64,000 nt of DNA from Leucoraja ocellata (Eukaryota). The stretch spans positions 434,001 through 498,000 of the forward strand of contig JAWMAR010000256.1 of the NCBI GenBank assembly GCA_036785375.1, written 5' to 3'. This document shows, in pieces, positions 13,125 through 23,070 of this stretch (positions are counted from its first letter, which is position 1; each line of letters opens with the position of its first letter). The position numbers and the translations under genes were made by a program. Below the pieces are notes generated by a model. That model had not been told where the DNA came from and did no database searches. It saw nothing but the letters and a program-made list of their open reading frames with translations.

Positions 13125-13917
13125 GTAAGCACACAAAAAAAGTTATTTATTATTTATTTTAATATGCAAGATTCCTTCTATAGTTTTCATTCCCTTTACA
13201 AGAAGTATAAAATTCTGGTCTTCTAGCACTTAAAACTGCAGGCGAAAGGTTCCATCTGATCGTTTCTGCTTTAGCAATATGTTAAATGCATTCTTTCAAA
13301 ATGCATGGTGGAAGAGATTAAATGTAGAAACTACTACCGTAGAATTATGGTGCTATTAATAGAGGGATTTTGTACTCTCATCCCTGAAACTAAGGCGGCT
13401 ACCAGTTTGCAAAAAGGCAATCAGGAAGCTTTTTTTTATGTCCCCTTGCAAGAAAGAAAGAGTTTTCATTTATATGGTGCCTTCCAGATACAAAGCATAT
13501 GATAATGATTCAAGGTCTGTTTTATGAAAATAAAAATGCAGAAAGCACAGAGATAAAGTACTAAGATTATTTTGATGGTACAGTGAAATTGGAATGACCT
13601 AGCAACTGATTGTTCAGGAAGCCTGATGGTGCTGCATCTGGTTCACTCGTTTATCTAGACTATGAGTCTAGAGGGTAAGCGTGGAGTGCTGCCAGAGCCA
13701 GGGGTTCAGGGTACGGCTGAAGCTGGGTTATGGACTGTGGGCCAGAGAACAATAGGAACTGGAGTTGGGGTTGGGGTTGGGGTTGGGGTCCAGTACATCA
13801 GGGATCAAGAAGGTGGGTAAATTTGCAACTGGATTCACAGTTCAGAGAGCTTGTGTATATTCCATTTCTTATTGGGTAATATGTTTAAATAATTAGCATT
13901 ATTATGACAGCAATTAT

Positions 13918-13929
13918 TAAATAATAATA

Positions 13930-13985
<56 letters not shown>
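13918..13985. repeat. (AAT)n microsatellite
   Basis: About 22 near-perfect units. Confidence 0.97.
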
Positions 13986-13986
<1 letters not shown>

Positions 13987-15117
13987 TTGTTTGGGCATTA
14001 ATAGGGCTAACTCAGGAAATCTGCTGGTCCACCAATATCTCAGGCCCGTGAGTGCTAGATTATCGTAGTTTTACCGTTTTGGTTAAAGGATAACATTTGC
14101 ACAAGAGTTTAAGAGAATTTTCCTGCTCTCTACCTCAGAATGAGATGGAGCGGATCCACACCTAGTGTCTTAGTCAGCCAAAATAAAAAGATTAATTTTG
14201 GCAAATGCTCCACTAAAAACAACGACATGGCTTCTAAATCATGCAGCTTTTTACATTTTCAGTCATTATTGAGAACAATCATTTACAACAGTTGTTAACT
14301 TGGAATACAGGCCTATATTTTCAAATTGGCAAACACAGAGTGCCCCTCCCACACTCAGCTGATTATCCTGCTGAGAAGATCTGGATTCAGCTGTGCTGTT
14401 AAACTTTTGGATTCAACATATGGCATTGTCCAGTGGAACAGTTCAGAAAAAGGAATGCATTATTACATTAACATCTAAGGCTTGCATTCCAAATGCAGGA
14501 ACTGGTAAGGATCCTATTAACATCAGCAGTTTTTAGACTATTTTCTCAGCGTAAGCATTTAGTTTCAGTTGCTTATTTTTCTTTCAGAAGACTTCACTAT
14601 TTTGATTAGAAATGATATGATCGTTTGGCTTTATTAAGTAAGATGACAGCAATAAGCAGAAAGTGACCATAACTATGCATTGCAGCTATATGGTGTATCA
14701 GGACAACATTCAAAAGCAGCCACTTAGCAATAATTCTACTTAAAATAATTTTGTAGGCTGACCCGACATGGGACATTTTTCTTATCTTGATGGCAAGATG
14801 GGACCAATTTGATTCTGTAAACTTGGATCTACTCCTTTAATGAATGCACACATTTTATATCTGCTGAATTATTTTACATCTTGTAGAAGTTTTGAGGAGC
14901 ATTGATATTTCATTAGACATTCAAGGAATAGTGTAAATTCTAGTATCTGACTGGAGCGGCAATTGACTCATAACAAACAAATGTACAGAGCTGGATTAAA
15001 GCAGTAGGCAACTATAATAGGCAATACCTGATCCGAACAGAAACAGCAACCAGCTGAATTGTATCTGAAGCTACTGGAAAGCACTAGGATTCAACAGAGA
15101 TGGCAGCATATGTAGTT

Positions 15118-15340
15118 AGGTAGACACAAAATGCTGGAGTAACTCAACGGGGCAGGCAGCATCTCTGAAGAGAAGGAATGGGCGATGCTTCGGGTCGAGA
15201 CCCTTCTTCAGACTGAAGAAGAGTCTCAACCCGAAATGTCACCCATTAATTCTCTCCAGAGATACTGCTGTCCTGCTGAGTAACTCCAGCATTTTGTATC
15301 TATCTTCAGTGTAAACCTGCATCTGCAGTTCCTTCTTGAA
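15118..15340. mobile_element. Inverted (head-to-head) pair of Penelope-derived short elements, palindrome axis at 15212
   Basis: agacacaaaatgctggagtaactca...cccttcttcag A ctgaagaagag...tgagtaactccagcattttgtatct. Confidence 0.85.
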
Positions 15341-15431
15341 TCTTGAATCTTCCTGCACATGTGATAAGGTGATGGGTAGAGGCACTGCTGTGCACTGTTG
15401 AGAAGTAGAGACCTAATAAGTCCAGCAAATG

Positions 15432-15620
15432 AAAGTGCTGAGGTATCTCAGCAGGTCAGACAGTAATTCTGGAGAACATGGATAGCCTACATTTAGTGTC
15501 GGACCCTTCTTCAAACCATGTTCTCTATCCATGTTCTCCAGAGATGCTGCCTGACCTGCTGAGTTACTCCAGCACTTTGTGTTTTGCTCAATATTCCATC
15601 ATCTGTAGTTCCTTGTGCCT
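15432..15620. mobile_element. Second inverted pair of Penelope-derived short elements
   Basis: aaagtgctgag..ctggagaacatggatag mirrored by ctatccatgttctccagagatgctgcctgacctgctgagttactccagcacttt. Confidence 0.75.
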
Positions 15621-16392
15621 GTGTGAAGTGCAGATTAGCTGAGCCAGCACACGTATTTTAGCTATTGGGCTAAATTCCAAGGGTGACATATGAAATTAGC
15701 AGATAGTGAGATATTTATGAATATTAAACAAGAATTAGGGTCTACTAACTCAATAATGATGGTTGTCCTGCCATGCTGTACATCCACTTAGCTACCACCA
15801 TTAATGTAAACATGCCTTGAGATGCAGAGAAAATTAAAGTATCATAAAGATAGAAGAGAGCAAGACAAGAGATATAATATATTTTTTAATCTCAAATGAT
15901 GTCGAGTGTAAGTATAATCCAGAATTGCCTATTTTGTCAAGAGAAAAGAAACTCATAGAAGAAATTTATAAATAAGTAAGTATTTGCATGCACAAACAGA
16001 AATACATATTAGTAAAACTGTGGTTTTGGATATGAAGACATGGTTTTATTTTAACCTGCTAATTCATTTTGTCTGATTTACACTATAAAGTCTAATTTTT
16101 TCCAAACACGTTGAAATCAAGAGCAGCTATCAATAATCAGAAGGGTCCCAACCTGAAACATCACCTATCCATGTTCTGCAGGAATATTCCTTGACTTGCT
16201 GAGTTACACAGGCTCTTTCTATTTTTTTAAATCAAAGTGAAATAATGGGCTTATTCTTCTAACCTGATTTCAGCATCAGTGCCAGGATCTGCCCATATTG
16301 GAGATCCAATGTCAACACAGAGATGGATACAAGCCTGGGCTGCCAGCTACCGTTGTGAACTCCTCACGATTACAACTGACTAGCATTTAGTC

Positions 16393-16483
16393 TGAAGAAG
16401 GGTTTTGGCCCAAAACGTTGCCTATTTCCTTCGCTCCATAGATGCTGCTGTATCTGCTGAGTTTCTCCAGCATTTTTGTATAC
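16393..16483 (+). mobile_element. Penelope-derived short insert with 13-bp flanking duplication
   Basis: ctagcatttagtc at 16380-16392 and 16484-16496. Confidence 0.85.
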
Positions 16484-16794
16484 CTAGCATTTAGTCCCAC
16501 TGGCTTCCCATCTTATGGACCGTGCTATCAAGTAGCACTAACTCTCCAATAACCTACTCATCAATACCCAGTTTGGGTCTTACCATGACTACACAGCTCC
16601 AGACCTCAACACAGCCTAGGTTCAAGCATAAATCTCAAAGATGAATTCTGCAGGTAAAGTGAAAGTTATTGCCCTTGACATCAATGCAGCATTTTAATCT
16701 GTGTGCCATCAAGGCACTCTGGTCTGTGAACATCAAAGGACAAACATGGTTGGAATTATACCTCAGGTAATAGAAAGCTGGTTTTGTTTTCATT

Positions 16795-17098
16795 TACAGA
16801 GATAAAGTGTGGAAAAAGCCCCTTCGACCCAAGAAGTCCGCACCGCCCAATGATCACCCGTACACTAGTTCTATGTTATCCCAGTTTTGTATCCTACACA
16901 CTAGGGAAAATTTATAGAAGCAAATTAACCTACAAACCTGCACATGTTAGGAAGGTGGGAGGAAACTGGAATACATAGAAAAAACCCATGCGGTCAGAGT
17001 GAGAATGTACAAACTCCATACAGACAGAACCCATGGTCAGGATCAAAACCAGGTCTCTGGCACCGTAAGGCAGCAACTCTACCGTTGCGCCACTGTGT
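16795..17098 (-). mobile_element. HE1/V-SINE
   Basis: Reverse complement reads cacagtggcgcaacggtagagttgctgccttacggtgccagagacctgg. Confidence 0.82.
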
Positions 17099-17297
17099 CG
17101 CGGCTGTTGCATGCCAATCATTCCAGCATCAACCATTCGAGCACCTGGAGATCACTACAAGAGCTTGTTAAGGCAATGTCTTCAGCCCACAGTCTTTAGT
17201 TACTTTATCAATGATCTTTCTTCCATCATAAGTTTTGGAGTAAAACTATTCACTGATGATTGCACAGAAGTTCATTTCAATTCACAATTCACAATAG

Positions 17298-17630
17298 GGT
17301 GGCACGGTGGCGCAGCAGTAGAGTTGCTGCCTTACAGCGCCAGAGACATGGATTCAATCCTGACTTTGAGTGCCGTCGGTACGGAATTTGTACGTATTCC
17401 CCCGTGATCAATGTGGGTTTTCTCCGAGATCTTTGGTTTCCTCCCACTCTCCAAAGACGTACAGGTTGGTTTATTATAAATTGTAATATTTAATTGGTTT
17501 ATTATAAATGTAAATTGTCCCTAGTGTGTGTAGGATAGCGTTAGTGTGTGGGGATCGCTGATCGGCACGGACGTGGTGGGCCAAAGAGCCTGTTTCTGCG
17601 CTGTATCTCTAAACTAAACTAAACTAAGCT
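17298..17630 (+). mobile_element. Full-length HE1/V-SINE
   Basis: ggtggcacggtggcgcagcagtagagttgctgccttacagcgccagagac head; (TAAAC)n tail. Confidence 0.88.
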
Positions 17631-18942
17631 CAACTAAGCAATGCCTGCAATCAACAAATCCCAAACACCATTTAGACATGGGCTGTTAAGTGGCAAGTAA
17701 CATTTGTTCCACAAAAGTACTCTTAATGAACACCTACCCTGGCATTTGATGGCATTACTCTCACTGAGTTTCCACCATTGATATCCTGTCGTCATCAATG
17801 ACCAGAAACTCATCTGACCTGCCATGTAAATACTGTGGCTACAAGAACAGGTGAGAGGCTGGGAATCCTGTGGTGAGTGACTCTCTTCCTGACACTCCAG
17901 GACAAGAGTCACAAGCACAGCAAGAAGCTCAACACTATTCTAGGCGTCATCATTTTGACTGGTACCACATCTGATGCCCTAAATATCAGATGCCCTAAAC
18001 ATCAGTTTTGCCTTCCACTGCTGCAGTATGAACCGTCTATAAAATGGACTACTGTTACTTTCCTAGACTATGCTAACACACTTCCCAAATCTGTGACGTC
18101 TACCATCAAGAATGGCAAAGGCAGCTCGTGTATAGTAATACCACCACTTGCGGTTTGCTCTTCAAGTGGCACCATTATTTTGACTTGGAAATGTATTATC
18201 ACTGGATTTAAATCCTGGGAACCCCTAATCAACTACAGTATGTGCAGAAGTGCCTTTACTCAAAGTACGGCAAAGGTTTTCGGCACAGTACGTGCCTCAT
18301 CAGTACTTTCTCAAGGACACGGGCCTGGATGTCGAATTTTTAAAAAGACAGAAAAAGCTGTCTGCTGAACCTGCACTCGGGTTAAATAGAAGAAATTGGC
18401 TGCTGGGAGAAAGATAAGTGAAACTTTTTTTAAATTTTAATTAAATTATTGAATCTCTATTTGTCTGTATAAAACACTCATTCAGCAGCTGTGACAGCTT
18501 TAACAGCTGGCTAGTTCTGTGGCGGGGCTTCACCAGATTTAAAAGTAATTCTGTAAGTACAGCCATCTGCCTGGGCAGAGATAGATCCTGTGCCACTGTG
18601 CTCTGCACTGCAAAGCCAAAGTGCTGGGAGTCAGGCTTCCAGCAGCAGAATACATCCAAGGCCATGAAGGAAGAAATTAAGTTAGGCAGCCAGTGGTGTT
18701 AGAACATTGGAAGTTCAGCCCCACTTATTTAGCTCCTTTCTCCACAGATTCTGCTTAACCTCTTGAGTAGTTCCAAAATCTCTGGTAATATTTCAAATTC
18801 CCAGCATCCACAGCATTAGGCCTTTGTATCTACCTGTATAAAATGAACAGAAAATAAGTACACTTTTGCCAATAATGGTAAGCATATAAAAGGAACGTCC
18901 ATTATGAATTTGAATACAAAAAATTGTAATATGGAAAGTTGA

Positions 18943-19335
18943 TGGCATCTCTGGAGAAAAAGAATAGGTGAATATTGATTTCTCCAATTTCAGGTAATCC
19001 CAGCATTCCATCTTTCTCTGCCCCTCCCTCAGCCTAGTCATCCTGCTAGTTCCATTGCTTGCATCCATATATCCCTTCATTATCACCTCTTCCACAGCCA
19101 ACAATGGACCATTGGGGGTTCACCTTTGCCTTGGTCATAGGTGTCGGCTCTGATTTGTTCTGAACCTTTTAATACCTCTAATTTCTCTCTCCCCTGACTC
19201 TCAATCTGAAGAAGGGTCTTGACCTGAAACGTCTCCTCTTTATTTTCTTCATAGATGTTACCTGACCCGCTGAGTTACTCCAGCATTTTGTGTCTATCTT
19301 CAATGTTAACCAGTTTCTGCAGTTCCTTCCTACAC
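18943..19335 (+). mobile_element. Penelope-like element 3' end (ORF end plus pLTR with hammerhead-like core)
   Basis: gtgaatattgatttctccaatttcaggtaa (.NIDFSNFR*), pyrimidine-rich UTR, ctgaagaagggtcttgacctgaaacgtc, and a short inverted piece at the 5' side. Confidence 0.8.
19206..19233 (+). ncRNA. Putative minimal type I hammerhead ribozyme core
   Basis: CUGAAGA-A-GGGUC(UU)GACCU-GAAA-CG-UC: all core nucleotides present with a GUC cleavage triplet. Helix I is weak in this copy. Confidence 0.6.
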
Positions 19336-22300
19336 AAAGTTGATGGCATGACTGAACACACATTGCATTCTTAAATGTTACTTGACCACCCTCTTATATT
19401 CAAGGATCGTCACAGTCAAGTATGACCTGTACCAGGTTTCCAGATTTGGTGATGCAAGTCATTTCTCAATTTGGATTAATACATTTCTATTATTATTATT
19501 GTCATAATTTAATGTTATATTGGAAAATCACATGTAAATATTCACATAACCACTCTCCTAACTAATTGTTGTAGCATCTCTACGTGTCAAAGTGTCAAAT
19601 GACAAATACATTCCAAGTATAAACAAGATGAGAAAAGTTGCAGACACCTTTTGTGCATATCATACATTATCACATTTAAAATATAGACAGATTGATAAAT
19701 GCAAAGTAAATTTAATTTAATTAGCATTAACTGACAGTTCTTCTTGTCGAATCCACACACAAGATAAGATGTTGTTCAGCCAGAGCTGAACACACTTCTC
19801 GGCATCCGCATACAATGATGTCTGCATTGCGCTTCTTGGTGGAAAAATTGGTTTAAATAGGGCTGCGACATGAAAGCTCTTTCCTTGATACTTTACACTG
19901 AACACTGATACTTTAGTTAACTTTTGATTAGCTTGATTATAAAATGTTTCAAACTGAAACAAATGAATTATTTATACACTTATTAAAGAAGAATATATTG
20001 GGCAGCAGAAATTTTGAATCTTTTTCAAACTAATCAAGACCATATAAAAAAAGTAGCAAGTATCTCAGGTTGTTGCCTAAGTGATGCATTAGCCCAGATA
20101 TACTGCCTATGCATTTAATAGTATTTACTGATAATATTGGAAAGCCATCGAGCAGATCTTATCAAGCAATGTACCTTAGCAATATCTGGGTTTTGTATAA
20201 TTTCCTTCTCAGAGATAATTGTTGACATAACTGTCCAACCCCGAGGTAGGTGGGTAGAGTACAAGTGAAATGGTCGTGAAGGTCGATAGTATTTAAACAA
20301 CATGATAATCACTTCAACAACCATTTCCTTTAATAATACTCTAGCTCATGGAAAAAAAACCTGTCAGAGATATGCAAGATTATGATTAAGATATCAGCTA
20401 GGTGAAGATTTATATCTGTCTTCTATGCAAAACAACAAAACAGACAACTCAGCTTCTACCTTTCCCATCTGACCTTTTACATTACAGTAATTGCCACTCG
20501 TTATTTTATCATGTAACCGGTGTACAATTGCTCACTTTTCTGTGGAATTACTCAGTCCCTCTTTCATGTGTCATGAATTAACTGCGTTACCAATGTGTGC
20601 CTGAAGCAAGGGAGCTGAGGATTGATTCATTTCCTCCGTAAAATCCTGGGGGATGGGGAGGGGAGGAGCGGAGTGGAAAGGTGAGGAGAGAAGGGGTCCT
20701 TGTGAATGAGGGAAGGGAATGTGTTGAATTAAGATTGGAAAATGGTGGAGCAATGGTGATACCTTTTGTGGTCAGGAAAAAGGAAGAAGAGCTTTTTAAA
20801 GTATGTTTCTTGAACATTCAACTCTGCTGGGCTGTGCATCATTTACACATGTTGCCACAAGTATTCTGCATACTTCTTACAACTAATCAGGGATGCATTT
20901 TGTTATTTTAGTTGATGATTCTTGTCCTTGAAGTCTACAATCATCCAACTCTTCAGCCATAATGAACTTTATAAATGGGTCCTGGGAGATGGGAGCTGTC
21001 GCTAATTAATATTTAAGAATGGATTCTGCAATCATTGATGAAGGGACAGTAACAATTCTGACTTAAAAAAAGGTTCCCTACAATTACCTTGCCAATTCTA
21101 TGGCATGGCATCTTTCCCAACACTGGTTCTGACAGGTGTAAATTCAAAAGGACCTTTGGCATCCAGTGACTGGAATATCATCAATGTAAGTAAGCAGCCA
21201 CTGAAATTGCATACGAGATAGTGAAATACCATGCTCTGTATTAAAAAAATATATATATATATATTTTGTTACCTTCAAATTCATCATGGTTGTATATATT
21301 TTTCCAGGAAAATTGCAAACCGCATATAAAATTAGATATTTAGTTCCAGCCAGATTGGTGATCTATAATTATGGGCTCAGAATAGCACCAAAATGTCACT
21401 TATACCATACATCAATGTATAAACTTTAAGGATGTTTACAGTGAAAAAGGTTTTTGTAAACCTAAAGTTCATTGACACAAGGAGGTCATACTGTGGAAGA
21501 TTGCAAGTCAGTGCACGATGCAGGGGATAATTCATGAAAACTTTTGGATTTCCATCTTTGAATCCATATTTAAGTACTCCGAAAGTTAGTGTTGGTGTCA
21601 CAATCTCTAATGTCTGCGAATACCAACAACATTACTGCAATCATAAACCTGGGCCTTTAAATTGGCCTAATGCTCAGACCATATGAAAACACAATGTCAC
21701 TCCAATAAAGTTAGCAGTATGTGGAACTCTTGTTCAAGATTGGGATTTTTTTGTACAGATTTGTATACTGAAAAGTTTAGCATTTATTTATCTCGAAAGT
21801 AGGCTTGGTGCACATCTTTAATTGAGGACAAAGGTATATAGATGAACATTTTGATGAAAAGCTGAGGGCAAAGGTAGGTCAAGAGACATTTTGATGAACA
21901 ACTGAGGGAAGCTGTATATAGACAGACATTTTGATGAAAAACATCAGTTTGAAATAAACAAGGAAAGATACCCCACTCAAATGCCCTGGAACTGCCAGGA
22001 GCATCCATTTCAAAATGTTTATTACTTTTAAAGGAGGTTCTTCTGCAGGAAGAGTGCTTTCATTACTCGGTAAGCATCATGTTGCAAGACCATCCTCATT
22101 ATGCATTGTGATCAACTTATGAATTTACCAGGGAGCCATATCCATTAGTCTTTCGGGAGGTAAATGACCTGTGAAGGGACAAAACCAAAAAATGCAATGA
22201 AGCCAATTTTCATCCATCTTCAAGCGTGCTGATTTGAATTCAAGCTAAGTGATCTGTTAATTGTCATATAGTCATAGTACAAACTAGCAATTTGGATATT

Positions 22301-22387
22301 TTGATTTATGCTATTAAATTGTTTTTGATGATTTACCACATAGAGTGATAGTCACTTGCTAATCCTCCATCTTATTTTGGGTGAAGA

Positions 22388-22460
22388 AGGCTGAAGAAAG
22401 GTCTCGAGCCGAAACGTCACCCATTCCTTCTCTCCAGAGTTACTTCAGCTTTTTGTGTCT
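22388..22460 (+). mobile_element. 73-bp Penelope-derived insert with hammerhead-like core and 19-bp flanking duplication
   Basis: atcttattttgggtgaaga at 22369-22387 and 22461-22479; core ctgaaga...gaaacgtc at 22391-22418. Confidence 0.82.
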
Positions 22461-22794
22461 ATCTTATTTTGGGTGAAGATCTGGTGGTTATGGGGTAACT
22501 GATAAGTTGGCTACAGAGTATTTAGAGGATACACATTACCTCTGTTTAAGCCCAAAAGTCAAATATCTGAATTCCAATTGTTGTTAGCTTGAGATAATTA
22601 CTTTTTGTGACAGTGTCATCTACCATTTTCTTTTGAGTTATGTACAAAGAGAAATTTACCAACGAATAGATGGTTAACAGATGTCCCTATTGTATTACAA
22701 GTCTTTGCTGGGGGATATGAATATTATTGATTTATGTGATTAGCTGTGGAACAGTTTGCAATGAGGGAGCATTCCCTTTGTCATTCAAGCTAAT

Positions 22795-23070
22795 ATTTAG
22801 GTTTAGGTTAGAGATACAGCATGGAAACAGACTCTTCAGCCCACCGAGTCCACACCAATCATCGATCACCCATTCTAGTTCTGTATTATCCCACTTTTCC
22901 ACTGACTTCCTACACATAAGGGCAGTTTTACAGAGGCCAACTAGAACCCCACTTTTAGGAAATCCACATGGTCACAGGGAGAACATGCAAACTCCACACT
23001 GACAGCATCCAAGATTAAGATGAAAACCAAGATTCTGGCACTGTGAGACAACAACCCTACCAGTCATTGT
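22795..23070 (-). mobile_element. HE1/V-SINE
   Basis: tttaggtttaggttagagatacagcatggaaacag (tail) ... gggagaacatgcaaactccacac. Confidence 0.78.

Larger units (their letters stand above)
16500..18310 (+). mobile_element. Old CR1/L2-clade LINE remnant interrupted by two SINEs
   Basis: gcccttgacatcaatgcagcatttt (ALDI.AAF) and tactttatcaatgatctt...ctattcactgatgattgcaca (FINDL..LF.DDCT). Confidence 0.6.

Noticed and set aside
17298-17370. tRNA genes
   Set aside because: The tRNA-like A/B boxes are SINE heads continuing into SINE bodies; no full cloverleaf.
17877-18368. 163-aa ORF
   Set aside because: Lies in a decayed LINE 3' region; no host-protein features.
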